From NCBI GenBank assembly GCA_005110395.1, contig DUDU01000119.1:1-56954 (forward strand): a stretch of DNA of 56,954 bases, in the 5' to 3' direction. Under the pieces are notes generated by a model. It was not told where the DNA came from. It saw only the letters and a list, made by a program, of their open reading frames with translations, and made no database searches. Positions 39,544 to 50,176 of this stretch are shown here, piece by piece. This DNA comes from Candidatus Melainabacteria bacterium. GTDB taxonomy: Bacteria; Cyanobacteriota; Vampirovibrionia; Caenarcaniphilales; Caenarcanaceae. The first letter of the stretch is position 1; the number at the start of each line of letters is the position of its first letter. A program made the translations under genes and the position numbers.

Positions 39544-41175
39544 ATGACAAAATCCGAACAAGCTAAACCTGTATCAGTCAAAGCTAGTCCTAAAGCCGCA
39601 AAAGTCGTACTCAAGCAATTAGGCAAAAATGAAAAAATAGAAAAGCTTAAAACTGATTTGCTTGTAATTGGAGTTTATGAAGATTCTTTCCCCAAAGACA
39701 AAGATGCAAAATTAACAGGCCTTTTATCAGATTTGAATAATTCCTTTAATAGTGAAATTACAAAGCTCGCTCTTCAAGAGCAATTTCAGGCTAAATTAGC
39801 AAGTACACTTGTAATTAATTCTCTGGATCGTATTAGTCCAAAAAAAGTTCTGCTCATCGGATTAGGTACAAAAAAAGATTTAAACAAATTAGATCAAATA
39901 CGCAAAGCAACTGCTAATGCCGCAAGAAAAGCCGATTCCTTAAAGGCAGAAAATGTAACTTTTATTCTTTATGACAATGAAAATAAATTAGCAGATTCTG
40001 ATGTCAGTAGAGCTATAACTGAAATTAGTTTATTGGCTCCATATAAATTTAATAAGTATTTGAATAATTCCAAAGATTCTTCATCAAAACAGGAAGACAA
40101 AAAATTTGATGGAATAAAGGAAATTAATCTTATTTTTCCCAGTGAATCAAGTAAAAAGGAATTTGATTTAGCAAAGGCAGAAGTCGAAAAGGGAATTGCT
40201 GGTGCTGAAGGGGTTTTACTAGCTCGTGAATTGATTATTGAACCACCTAATATTGTAAATCCAGAATATTTAGCCAAAGTCGCTGAAAGAGTTACCAAAG
40301 ATCAAAAAGATTCAGATTTGACAGTTAAGGTCTTAGGTGAAAGCGAATGTCGCAAATTGGGTATGGGTGCTTTTTTAGCTGTGGGTCAAGGTTCGGAGAA
40401 TGAATCGAAGCTCATTCATTTTCATTACAAACCAAAAAAAGCAAAAAAACATATTGCAATTGTTGGCAAAGGAATTACTTTTGATTCGGGCGGTCTATCT
40501 TTGAAACCAGCGAAGTCAATGGAAAAAATGAAATATGATATGGCTGGATCAGCTGCTGTAATAGGCTTAATGAGTATTGTCTCCAAAATCAAACCTGATG
40601 TCGAAATAACAGCAGTAGTTGCAGCTTGTGAGAATATGCCAAGTGGTGCTTCTTATCGTCCTGGTGATGTGCTTACTTCTATGAGTGGAAAGACAATCGA
40701 GATCAACAACACTGACGCTGAAGGAAGAGTAACTCTGGCTGATTCTGTTTACTATGCTTGCCAGCAAAAGCCAGATGCTGTAATTGACATTGCAACTTTG
40801 ACGGGAGCTGTAGTTGTAGCTTTGGGAGAAACTGCTGCAGGACTTATGACTAACAATTCTGAATTTGCAGATAAAGTCAAAAAAGCTTTTGAGCAATCAG
40901 GTGAAAAAGTCTGGGAATTACCATTGTATGAAGATTATGAAGATGATGTTGTCAAAGGTACTATTGCCGATATGATCAATTCAGGTTCAGGTGGTCAGGC
41001 TGGTTCTCAAAATGGAGCTTTATTTGTTAAGCAATTTGTCGGAGAAACTCCTTGGGTTCACTTGGATATTGCTGGTATATGTTGGCCTGAAAAAAGAGAT
41101 ACTCATCACACTCCAAGAAATAATCCATCAGGATTTGGTGTACTTGGATTCATAAGATATTTGGAAGGTATTTAG
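39544..41175 (+). CDS. pepA: leucyl aminopeptidase (M17)
   Basis: VGKGITFDSGG, MKYDMAG, NTDAEGR, ATLTGA, W.HLDIAG. Confidence 0.97.
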   Translation: MTKSEQAKPVSVKASPKAAKVVLKQLGKNEKIEKLKTDLLVIGVYEDSFPKDKDAKLTGLLSDLNNSFNSEITKLALQEQFQAKLASTLVINSLDRISPKKVLLIGLGTKKDLNKLDQIRKATANAARKADSLKAENVTFILYDNENKLADSDVSRAITEISLLAPYKFNKYLNNSKDSSSKQEDKKFDGIKEINLIFPSESSKKEFDLAKAEVEKGIAGAEGVLLARELIIEPPNIVNPEYLAKVAERVTKDQKDSDLTVKVLGESECRKLGMGAFLAVGQGSENESKLIHFHYKPKKAKKHIAIVGKGITFDSGGLSLKPAKSMEKMKYDMAGSAAVIGLMSIVSKIKPDVEITAVVAACENMPSGASYRPGDVLTSMSGKTIEINNTDAEGRVTLADSVYYACQQKPDAVIDIATLTGAVVVALGETAAGLMTNNSEFADKVKKAFEQSGEKVWELPLYEDYEDDVVKGTIADMINSGSGGQAGSQNGALFVKQFVGETPWVHLDIAGICWPEKRDTHHTPRNNPSGFGVLGFIRYLEGI

Positions 41176-41209
41176 ATTCAAGAAATCTATTCAGCGAATC
41201 AAGCTTTTC

Positions 41210-41242
41210 AATCCATTAACTTGCTCAGAGTTGATGGATTTT
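41210..41242 (+). terminator. probable intrinsic terminator after pepA
   Basis: AATCCATTAACT-N7-AGTTGATGGATT hairpin followed by Ts. Confidence 0.55.
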
Positions 41243-41261
41243 GCATTTGTCTTTCTTGAGT

Positions 41262-41296
41262 GCCCCTGTCAGGGGGACGCCGTAAGGCGGGGGGTG
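41262..41296. repeat. GC-rich double-hairpin REP-like element
   Basis: GCCCCTGTCAGGGGGA-CGCCGTAAGGCG-GGGGGT in an AT-rich convergent intergenic region. Confidence 0.6.
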
Positions 41297-41388
41297 TCGA
41301 AGCTAGACTCGTGCAAAATCCCTTACTGCTATAAAGATTTCAAAGAGGAATCTAAAAATCTTTTCAGATAAAGATTGATGAGGGATTT

Positions 41389-42678
41389 TTATTTTTTAGC
41401 AATCATTTTTTCTAAGAGCTTAATGTGCTCATTTGCAAATTGATAATCGGCACTTTTAGTAGCTTTTTGCTGATCAAATAAGGCTTTGGCTTTTTCAAAA
41501 TCTTCTTTTGCTCCAACATAATCTTTATTTAGATGAATCTTAGCTAAAGCACGATTATTATAGGCAATTGCAAAATTAGGATCAATTTCCAAAATCTTCT
41601 TGCAATCATCAATCATTCCTTGAAAGTCTTGCTGAGCAGCTTTTACCAAAACTCTACTATTGAGAGCCAAAATTGATTTGGGATTGATTTGTTCAATAAC
41701 TGTTGTAAAGTCTGCGACTGCTCCAGATAAGTCTTTGCTTTGACCTTTCAGTGAACCTCTTGCAAGTAATGCTTTTTCCGATTTTGGATTAATGTCAGCA
41801 ATAAATTTATCTAAATCAGCAATTGCCCCAGCTTGGTCTTTCAATTGAAGCTTGACTGATGAACGTAATAAATAAGCATCTTCGAATTGAGTATCAATTT
41901 CCTCAATTACTTTATTCAAATCTTGCAAAGCATCTTTGTTTTTGCGCAAAGCAATTCTGGCCGAAGCTCTATTCATATATGCATCTTTGAGTTTTGGATT
42001 GATTTCAATTCCTTTGGAACAATCATTAATTGCACCCTGAAAATCAAGCGTCATGAGCTTTGCTTTGCATCGATTGGAATAAGCGTTTTCAGACTGAGGA
42101 TCTAACTCTATAATCTTGTTGAAATCAGAAATTCCACCTTCTTTATCCCCAATTGATATTTTCAAAAAGCCTCTATTTTCATAAATTTCTGAGTTGCTTG
42201 GATTCATTTCAATTGCTTTATTTAAGTCTTCCAGAGCAGATTCTCTATTTCCTGACTCAGCTTTTACAATTGCTCTTTGTATATAACCCTCAATATAAGA
42301 AGGATCTAGTTCAAGTGTTTTGTCAAAATCAGTAATTGACTCAGCAAGCTTAGCTAAGTTGTTAGGAGGTAAAGTACTCTGAGCTAAATTGCTATTTGCA
42401 AGCCCTCTTTTGAAATAAGCATCACGAGAATTAGCATCTTTCTGAATGGCTAAATCCAAAACCTTGATTGCACCTTCAAAGTCTTTATCTCGCAACTTTT
42501 GATCAGCCGAACTAAGCAAATCAGACAATGAAGATTCCGCTGATAGATTCTGTTTACTATTCAAATTCAGTCCAATTTGAGAGCAAGCTTGAAGAGAAAA
42601 AAGTAAAAGAAGCGAAAAAGTAATTCGGCAAATATTTTGCATATCAATTGATTTTGATGATTTGAAGAATAGTCTCAT
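41389..42678 (-). CDS. TPR-repeat lipoprotein
   Basis: Lipobox LQAC; about 10 TPR units (AY..RG...GAI.DF.K.IE.P). Confidence 0.9.
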   Translation of the reverse strand: MRLFFKSSKSIDMQNICRITFSLLLLFSLQACSQIGLNLNSKQNLSAESSLSDLLSSADQKLRDKDFEGAIKVLDLAIQKDANSRDAYFKRGLANSNLAQSTLPPNNLAKLAESITDFDKTLELDPSYIEGYIQRAIVKAESGNRESALEDLNKAIEMNPSNSEIYENRGFLKISIGDKEGGISDFNKIIELDPQSENAYSNRCKAKLMTLDFQGAINDCSKGIEINPKLKDAYMNRASARIALRKNKDALQDLNKVIEEIDTQFEDAYLLRSSVKLQLKDQAGAIADLDKFIADINPKSEKALLARGSLKGQSKDLSGAVADFTTVIEQINPKSILALNSRVLVKAAQQDFQGMIDDCKKILEIDPNFAIAYNNRALAKIHLNKDYVGAKEDFEKAKALFDQQKATKSADYQFANEHIKLLEKMIAKK

Positions 42679-42862
42679 CTGAGGAGTATGAGAAGGAAGA
42701 AGATTTTATCATCGCATCTGCAAATTCTTTGTTTTTAGGATCACTTCAAAATTATCAACTTGAATATGAGCTTATTAATCTAAGACAAAACTTAGCTCCT
42801 CCTTTCAAGGAGATTATGGAGATATGCCAAATAAGCAGAGAGCGAATTAATACTCTAAATAG

Positions 42863-43780
42863 TTAAAGCTCAATTGAAGAATAGCCTTGAGTTTGAAGTT
42901 CAAAGGCTTTTACGGTATTAATCAACAAATGTGCAACTGTGAGTGGTCCGATTCCACCTGGAACTGGCGTAATAGCTTTTACTATTTGCAAAGCGGGCTC
43001 AAATTCAATATCACCAACTAACTTTCCACTTTCAAGGCGATTAATCCCAACATCAATTGCGATTGCACCAGGTTTAAGCCATTCAGCTTTTACAAATTCA
43101 GGTTGACCAATTGCAGCTATAACCAAATCGCTACTTTTAACCAGCTCAACAAGCTCATGATGAGGGGTTTTACTATGAACAACTGTAACGGTTGCATCTC
43201 TGGAAATCAGAAGTTCGGCAATTGGACGACCAACCAATCTAGAACGTCCAATGACAGTAGTTTTTAATCCTTTAGGATCAAATTTGTAATGCTGCAAAAT
43301 CCGCATTATTCCAAATGGAGTACAAGGAATAAGATTGGGATGTCCAGCCATAATCATCCCAAGATTAAAGGGGTGTAAGCCATCAACATCTTTCATTGGA
43401 TCAATTTGCAAAAGCAATGGCTCAGCTTCTAACCCCTTTGGAAGAGGTAATTGTACTAAGATTCCATTGATGCTTTTATCTTCATTTAGTTTTTTGATCA
43501 AATCATGCAATTCAGATTGTTTAATATCAGCTGGTAATCTGTGAGTCACTGATTTGATGCCGATTTCAGTAGCAGACTTTTCTTTGCTAGCAACATAAAC
43601 TTGACTAGCTGCATTATCGCCAATTAAACAAACAGCCAAGCATGGTTCCAGTCCAGTTTCTTCTTTTATTTTTGCGACTCTACTCTTTAAGCAGGTTTTT
43701 AAATCCGTCGCAACTTTTTTACCATCGAGAATAAGAGCGGACTTTTGATTTGTCATTGGAGCTGTATTCAAAGTATTCAT
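42863..43780 (-). CDS. folD: methylenetetrahydrofolate dehydrogenase/cyclohydrolase
   Basis: GILVQLPLP, KDVDGLHP.N, PCTP.G, IDVGINR, TPVPGGIGP. Confidence 0.97.
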   Translation of the reverse strand: MNTLNTAPMTNQKSALILDGKKVATDLKTCLKSRVAKIKEETGLEPCLAVCLIGDNAASQVYVASKEKSATEIGIKSVTHRLPADIKQSELHDLIKKLNEDKSINGILVQLPLPKGLEAEPLLLQIDPMKDVDGLHPFNLGMIMAGHPNLIPCTPFGIMRILQHYKFDPKGLKTTVIGRSRLVGRPIAELLISRDATVTVVHSKTPHHELVELVKSSDLVIAAIGQPEFVKAEWLKPGAIAIDVGINRLESGKLVGDIEFEPALQIVKAITPVPGGIGPLTVAHLLINTVKAFELQTQGYSSIEL

Positions 43781-44030
43781 AAATCAATTCACGACAAACA
43801 GAACATATAGTTTATAAAAAGTATTTTAGCTTTTTTAAGAACTCATGATGTACAAAATAATTATCATGGATATTAAGATAGTTTCTAAGACAAGCTGAAG
43901 ATGACTAGAGAAATATTATTTAGCACTTTGCACTACTAAATTCTTTCAGTATTCTTTCAGAAATTCAGTTCTCCGTTTATGTAGGTTAATCAGTATTCAC
44001 ATTAATAATTGGTGTATTCATGAAAGAAAG

Positions 44031-45167
44031 CTAAATCGTCACCTGTTGCAAAAGATATCTTGAGCGAGAATTCCTTTCCATGGTTTTCAGTTTGGGATTT
44101 TTTGTTTTTGAAGAGGACTCATCAGTCGAATCCTTATCTTTGAATGCTGTTTCTGGCTTTTTCTGAGCTGAAATTGGCACTTTTGTAGTTAATACTCTAA
44201 ATAAACTTTTATTTTTTAAGCTTTTTTCCAAACCCTCACTAATTCGATCAAGTCTTTGTATATTCACTTTGACTAAAGTAGGCACATCCTCATTTGGATC
44301 TGGGCTTTGAAGCTTTTCAGTAATTAATTTAACTTGTCTTGCAGCTTCACTAAAAACCTTTATATCCGCTCTGACATCATCAGGAGTAACAACTTTTGTT
44401 ATTTCATTAATATTGTTAGAAGCTGATTTTAATGAAGTCATTATTTCTTCAAGATCTTTCGAATTAACGGCTTTTAATTTCTCATTTGCGCCAACTGAAA
44501 AGGAAGAAACGCTATCGAGTGTATTTGATATTTTTGTTTTATTTGTTGAGAGTAATTGATTAGCATTTATTGACAAATCCCTGATTGAATGAGTAGAAAG
44601 AGAAATATCATTTGCAATAGAATCTATGGTGCCTTTTCTAGATAAATCACCTACCTTTGAAAACAATGGTCTGATTTCCATAATTGAAGCATCAACATTG
44701 GATAAAATACCCTTAAGTTGACCCAAAGCTTGATTCATGCTGTCAATTGTTTTTTCAGCTTTGAATAGAAAATCTTGCATACCTGGAGTTGACTGACCAA
44801 TAATGCTAGCTTTATCGCTTACTTCATGCCCTGTGCCGCCTGGAACAATAAAAATTTGATATTCAGATGCAATCGTAGAACTTGGCACAATAATAAATTT
44901 ATCGTTAGAGTGAATTTTTATATCAGGATTATTAATCAATATTTCAACCAAAATTCCATAAGAAGTAACTTCAAAATTTTTAACCTTACCGCAATCTAAG
45001 CCAGCATATTCAACCGAAGAGCCAATTGACAAACCATGAACATTTTCAAATAGAACATGAAGGGTTTTCTTTGGCGTAAAAGGATTACCTTTAATCCATG
45101 TAACAAATAGAAGTCCCATTGCCAAAAAGAATATAATCAGGGCCCCAACTTTGACTTCTTTATTCAT
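44031..45167 (-). CDS. MlaD/MCE family protein with long helical tail
   Basis: EVKVG N-terminal TM, F.NV.GL..GS.V.YAG...G.V MCE motif, coiled coil. Confidence 0.85.
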   Translation of the reverse strand: MNKEVKVGALIIFFLAMGLLFVTWIKGNPFTPKKTLHVLFENVHGLSIGSSVEYAGLDCGKVKNFEVTSYGILVEILINNPDIKIHSNDKFIIVPSSTIASEYQIFIVPGGTGHEVSDKASIIGQSTPGMQDFLFKAEKTIDSMNQALGQLKGILSNVDASIMEIRPLFSKVGDLSRKGTIDSIANDISLSTHSIRDLSINANQLLSTNKTKISNTLDSVSSFSVGANEKLKAVNSKDLEEIMTSLKSASNNINEITKVVTPDDVRADIKVFSEAARQVKLITEKLQSPDPNEDVPTLVKVNIQRLDRISEGLEKSLKNKSLFRVLTTKVPISAQKKPETAFKDKDSTDESSSKTKNPKLKTMERNSRSRYLLQQVTI

Positions 45168-45364
45168 AACTTAAGACTTGCTAGACTAATTTTCCAATTC
45201 TGCAGGGTTAATTGAGCCAACCTATTCTGACTTAATTAATTTGAAATATAATTGTGAGAATGATTTGTGTCATTCAAATTTACACTATTTATGTAGTGAT
45301 TGACTATTTTCAATATTTGAAGATTAAAAGTTTGATTTTTTAGAAATAGATTTTCAAGATTGAC

Positions 45365-46015
45365 TTATTTACTACCTTTCGTGACAGGCTCTTTGTCAAC
45401 GATTTCTATTTTAAGATTGCTAGGTTTTATTAGCTTTGAATACAAATAAACTATTCCCACCAGAATTATTAAAACAACTAGATAATCTAAATAATGTGTA
45501 TATTTTTTGATATCCGACCAGCGCTCCCTGAGAAGAAATCCTAGCCAAACCAAAAACATATTCCATGAAGTTGCTCCAACCAAAGTGTAGATTGAAAATT
45601 TCCAGAAATTCATTTGAGCCATACCCGCTGGAATTGAAATAAAATGCCTTACAACCGGGATAAAACGGCTAACAAAAACAGCTTTGTCGCCATATTTTGC
45701 AAAAAAACTTTCTGTGATTTCCAAATGATGATGATCTAGTAAAAAGTATTTTCCAAATTTATCGAGAAATGGACGTCCACCATAAAGTCCAATTGCATAT
45801 GAAAGATATGAACCAATCATGCTTCCAAGAGAGCTAGCGACAAGCACATACCAAATCAAAAATTTACCTTGTGCCGTAAGAAAGCCTGCAAATGGCATAA
45901 CAGCCTCACTTGGAATAGGTGCAATCATACTTTCCAGAATCATGAAAAAGCATATACCCAAATAACCTGTCTCTGAAATAATTTTAGTTATGAAATCAAA
46001 TAAATGTTCAAACAT
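45365..46015 (-). CDS. dedA: DedA family membrane protein
   Basis: LES...PIPSE.VMPFAG, FF.KYG, RFIPVVRHFIS.PAG. Confidence 0.92.
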   Translation of the reverse strand: MFEHLFDFITKIISETGYLGICFFMILESMIAPIPSEAVMPFAGFLTAQGKFLIWYVLVASSLGSMIGSYLSYAIGLYGGRPFLDKFGKYFLLDHHHLEITESFFAKYGDKAVFVSRFIPVVRHFISIPAGMAQMNFWKFSIYTLVGATSWNMFLVWLGFLLRERWSDIKKYTHYLDYLVVLIILVGIVYLYSKLIKPSNLKIEIVDKEPVTKGSK

Positions 46016-46091
46016 TCTTAGGAGTTAAATTCTGGGATAAATTCTACGTTCAATAAAAAAGTTAAATGAGCTTATCATCCTATAGGGTATT

Positions 46092-47903
46092 TTAGAGATA
46101 GCTCTTGGTTGCCAGTGTCTTCGTAGAATTCAAATGAAAATCAGTAAACAAGAATTCAGCATCTTGAGAATAATCTTTAATTTTTCCAAATTTATCAATT
46201 CTTGCTAATGGCCCTTTGTTTACAGAAATCAAGATATCTCTTCTGCCTTCAATTGCTCTAAATTTAGCGGCTGCAAGCATTTGTTCTGCAACTGTACTTT
46301 TATATTCATTAAACCAAGATGTGTCACCAATTACAACTATAGCTTCGGCTCCAGCTTTAATTTGCTTATGAAATAATTCAGGAAAAATCAATTCGAAGCA
46401 GATAAGGGGACTTACTCTTCCAAAAGGGAAATTGAAGGTAATAGCTTTATTTCCAGCATTAAAACTGCTTTTCCCAAGTTTTTCCAATTGAAGTTTTGCA
46501 AGGAGAGAAGTAACTTGTTTTTCGAATGGAGTATATTCTCCAAAAGGAACCAAGGCTTGTTTTAAATAAATTTGCTCTGAAGTGTTGAATTTAGAAGGTT
46601 GTTTTTTGTTTTCTGTTAAAGAGCAAAATGACTTATCTTTGCCCTTTGATGCACTTAAACCAAAGGCAGCATTAAAAGATTTATCGGTCTGGTTAAAATA
46701 AACTCCTCCAATTAAGCTGCTAAGCGGGCTTATTGATTGTATGGATGAATATAAATTCTTAATTTGATCACTCCAACCAATTGCTCCTTCTGGCATAACA
46801 ATCAAGTCTGGTATTTCTCTTTCATAGAGTGATTCAAAAAGATTCAAATAATTTTGATTATTCACTTCATCAAATCGACTTTCAAAAGCGCTTAAATTTT
46901 TCTGTATTAGTAAAGCTTTTGCAGAATTGCTTGCATCATAATTTTTGTTTTGAGCAAATACACTTATTCCATAAAAAAAAGTAATGGCGATTAGAAAAAC
47001 AGCTTGAGCAGAAGAAACAAAAGCAATTGGAAAATTTAAATCTTGGTTTCTATTCAATTTATTTTTTAGTGAAGAGGACAAAATAACCCATTGAGCAATT
47101 GCAAGATTTGACAGAATTAGTAAAAAACTAATAGCCGAGCCCCCGAACAAATCACAGACTTGAATCAAAAAAGTGTTATTTGCTTGGGTGTAATAATAAG
47201 ATGTCCAAGGAATACCTCCCGAAGCAAGAGCATTTGCAACTTTTTCTTGCCATACAATCCAAATAATTCCGCCCTGAATAGCAGTCCATGAACTAAATCC
47301 AATCGTTCGGTTCAAAAGTTTAAGAAATAAACCAAAAATGCCCCAATAAATAGCCTGATGAAGAACAGCAATTATTAAGCCTAAATAGCTAGCAATAAGA
47401 CTTAAATCATCAGGAACTCCTAGCCAAGAAAGAGGATGAATGCCAAGTAAAAAACGGAATCCAATTAAATTAAAAACAAGACCAGCCACAAAAGTACGAC
47501 CAAAAGCTTGCCACAAATCATCTGAAAGCCAAATAACTGCAAATAAAGGAGCTAAAGCAAACCAGGCAATAAATTCTCCGCCAAACTTCATCGGACTTCC
47601 AGGTAAACATAAACCTGCAATTAAGCCACTAAGACAAGAAATAATCCAATAATCATAATGAATACTGGCTAAAGCTAGAAACAGTCTAGAAAGGGTTTTA
47701 CTAATAAAAATGGATTTTTTGCTATACCATTTTTTCTTCTCTGGTTTTCTGACAAAAATTTTGCTAATAACTCGTAAGGCTTTGCTTATTCTCCTCACGA
47801 TTCCATCTTTTTTTTGCAAAGAAAATTTATTTTTTTCAGGCTTTATCGGATTTAATTTCCACCTTTTCTTTTTTTTAGTATTTTTATTCTTTGCTCCAAA
47901 CAT
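46092..47903 (-). CDS. lnt: apolipoprotein N-acyltransferase
   Basis: N-terminal TMs; nitrilase triad motifs VMPEGA, YLKQ.LVPFGEY.P, LICFE; RAIE. Confidence 0.85.
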   Translation of the reverse strand: MFGAKNKNTKKKKRWKLNPIKPEKNKFSLQKKDGIVRRISKALRVISKIFVRKPEKKKWYSKKSIFISKTLSRLFLALASIHYDYWIISCLSGLIAGLCLPGSPMKFGGEFIAWFALAPLFAVIWLSDDLWQAFGRTFVAGLVFNLIGFRFLLGIHPLSWLGVPDDLSLIASYLGLIIAVLHQAIYWGIFGLFLKLLNRTIGFSSWTAIQGGIIWIVWQEKVANALASGGIPWTSYYYTQANNTFLIQVCDLFGGSAISFLLILSNLAIAQWVILSSSLKNKLNRNQDLNFPIAFVSSAQAVFLIAITFFYGISVFAQNKNYDASNSAKALLIQKNLSAFESRFDEVNNQNYLNLFESLYEREIPDLIVMPEGAIGWSDQIKNLYSSIQSISPLSSLIGGVYFNQTDKSFNAAFGLSASKGKDKSFCSLTENKKQPSKFNTSEQIYLKQALVPFGEYTPFEKQVTSLLAKLQLEKLGKSSFNAGNKAITFNFPFGRVSPLICFELIFPELFHKQIKAGAEAIVVIGDTSWFNEYKSTVAEQMLAAAKFRAIEGRRDILISVNKGPLARIDKFGKIKDYSQDAEFLFTDFHLNSTKTLATKSYL

Positions 47904-47988
47904 GAAACTTTACAGATGATAATGATTAAAGGAAAATTTTTTGAGGCAATTCATTTAACATAGTTTATTAAAATCAATCTTTACTACG

Positions 47989-48486
47989 TTAATCCTTACT
48001 ACCTCTTGGTAACGCTATCTGGCCTGTTCTACAAATCGCCATAATATTGAATTTTTTCAACAACTCAACAATTGCAACTAATTTTCCTTGATCACCAGTA
48101 ACTTCAATAATTAAGCTCTCAGTAGAGACATCAACAACTCTTCCCCTAAACAATTCAACTATTTGAGATATTTCGAGGCGAGTTTGTGCATTAGCACTTA
48201 CCTGAATAAGTATTAATTCCCGATCAACAAAAGGAATGCTATCTAAACTCTGAACATCTAAAACATCAATTAACTTTTCCAATTGTTTTTGAATTTGCTG
48301 AATTTCGTCTTCATCAGCCAAGGCAACAATAGTCATCCGAGATAAACCTGGTTTTTCTGAGGTTCCAACTGCTAACGATTCGATATTGAATCCGCGGCGA
48401 CTAAACATGCCTGCAATGCGTGTTAAAACGCCAGACTCATTTTGAACTAAAACTGAAATTGTGTATTTTTTTTGAACTGACATCAA
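47989..48486 (-). CDS. ilvN: acetolactate synthase small subunit
   Basis: SVLV.N..GVL.RI.G.FSRRGFNIESL.V, RELILI, RTG.IAL.RG. Confidence 0.95.
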   Translation of the reverse strand: MMSVQKKYTISVLVQNESGVLTRIAGMFSRRGFNIESLAVGTSEKPGLSRMTIVALADEDEIQQIQKQLEKLIDVLDVQSLDSIPFVDRELILIQVSANAQTRLEISQIVELFRGRVVDVSTESLIIEVTGDQGKLVAIVELLKKFNIMAICRTGQIALPRGSKD

Positions 48487-48544
48487 GAGTTTAAATAAAA
48501 GACTTTATAAATGAACATTTAAGGGCAATACCTAGACCAATACC

Positions 48545-49924
48545 TTAGACAAAAACCTTGCAAATAGCCGCAACCAGAATAGAGACTAATGAAATCGGAA
48601 TCAAAACTTTCCAGGCTAAACTCATAAGCTGATCTGCTCTGAAGCGAGGCAATGTAGCTCTAATCCATATTGCTAGGGCAATCAGCAAATAGACTTTCAT
48701 CAACAAAATAAAACAACCAAATAACCAGCTCAAATTACCAATTGGTGTTGCCGTAAGAATTGAAGAAAAGAAAGTATCAATTGCAGGAATTCCAAAGTAT
48801 TGTCCACCCAAAAACAGAATTGCCAAAATAGCGCTTGCGATAAACAAATTAGTGTATTCTGCCAAAAAGAAAAGCGCAAATTTCATTCCGGAGAATTCTG
48901 TATTGAAACCACTTACAAGCTCAGACTCAGCTTCTGGCAAATCAAAAGGAGTACGATTGACCTCAGCGAGTGAGCAGAAGTAAATAATAAAAAGCAGTAA
49001 AGGAGAAAGCAAAAATTGAATAAAAAGGAAAGTTGCTTTTAGCGGAGATTGATAATTTGCAGGATTGCCTAAATCTCCTGCGGCAAAAACATTCCAAGTC
49101 CAGATTCCATTTGCTTGAGCATTTGCAATTTCTCTGAGATCAAGTGAGCCAACCAAAAGAACCAATGAAACTATACAAAGTATTAAAGGTAATTCATAAC
49201 TAATTGCTTGAGCAGTGCTTCTTAGACCGCCTAAAAGCGAATACTTGTTATTACTTGCCCAGCCTGCCATAACCAAACCCATTATTCCTAGCGAAGAAAC
49301 AGCCATTACAAAAAGTAAGCTAGATGGAAAAGCAGTTGCCGCAAAAGGCCCTACTCCATTTGAAGCCACAGATAGGATTGGCATAAAAACAATTACTGAC
49401 GGCATAAAGAAAAGAGCTGGTGCCAAAAAGAAAAGTACTTTATCCGCTTTGGCTGGAACAATATCTTCTTTGAATAAAAGCTTGAGTGCATCAGCAAATG
49501 TTTGCAAAAGACCATTGGGACCTACTCGATTCGGGCCAAGTCTGGTTGTCAGTAGTGCCAGCAATTTTCTTTCGAGCAAAACCAAAAACATTGCATTAAC
49601 TGGAACAAATGTCAGAACTGCAGCTAAAGGAGCAGTCGCAGCCGCAAAATCTAAAATGAATTGTGGTAATCCAAAGGGTTTGAGAAGAATGGGTGTAAGC
49701 GTAACAGCTGCTAGCGGAGCAACTAAGCCAGCTCCAAAAGATGCACCCACCCAAAAAGCTACGACTAAAAGAAATTTAATTGCTTCTAATAAAACAGGCT
49801 GATTGATGCGCTTTTCTCCACGATAGTTTTGGAGAAGATTCATATTTCCATCACGAATAAATAATTTATCAACACCTTTATCAGAGGCTCTATTCGTTGA
49901 TTGATCTATAGAAATTGTATTCAT
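48545..49924 (-). CDS. nuoH: NADH-quinone oxidoreductase subunit H (NdhA/NuoH)
   Basis: ERK, R.GPNRVGP.G..Q..ADALKL..KE, NNKYSLLGGLR, SYE, RTPFDLPEAESELVSG.TE.SG, RATLPRFR.DQL. Confidence 0.95.
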   Translation of the reverse strand: MNTISIDQSTNRASDKGVDKLFIRDGNMNLLQNYRGEKRINQPVLLEAIKFLLVVAFWVGASFGAGLVAPLAAVTLTPILLKPFGLPQFILDFAAATAPLAAVLTFVPVNAMFLVLLERKLLALLTTRLGPNRVGPNGLLQTFADALKLLFKEDIVPAKADKVLFFLAPALFFMPSVIVFMPILSVASNGVGPFAATAFPSSLLFVMAVSSLGIMGLVMAGWASNNKYSLLGGLRSTAQAISYELPLILCIVSLVLLVGSLDLREIANAQANGIWTWNVFAAGDLGNPANYQSPLKATFLFIQFLLSPLLLFIIYFCSLAEVNRTPFDLPEAESELVSGFNTEFSGMKFALFFLAEYTNLFIASAILAILFLGGQYFGIPAIDTFFSSILTATPIGNLSWLFGCFILLMKVYLLIALAIWIRATLPRFRADQLMSLAWKVLIPISLVSILVAAICKVFV

Positions 49925-50176
49925 TTCTTTTGCGAATGTTTTTGTGACTGGATTTTGTGGCTAGATTTTATGAAAAGGGAAACTGTTCAAATATGCAATT
50001 CAGAATAAACTAAAATATGATTTGACTATCGGTTCGAATAGAAGACGAAACCAAACTTATTTACTAAAACTCAAATTATTAACTTAAGTAATTAATGTCA
50101 TCAAGTCTCAATAACATAATCAATATAGAGTATATTCTTTCATCTAATGGGAAGCAGAGTAGCATAAAAAAGTTAA

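Noticed and set aside
50028-50052. GGTTCGAAT, a tRNA T-loop-like motif
   Set aside because: No T-stem, anticodon arm or acceptor stem can be formed
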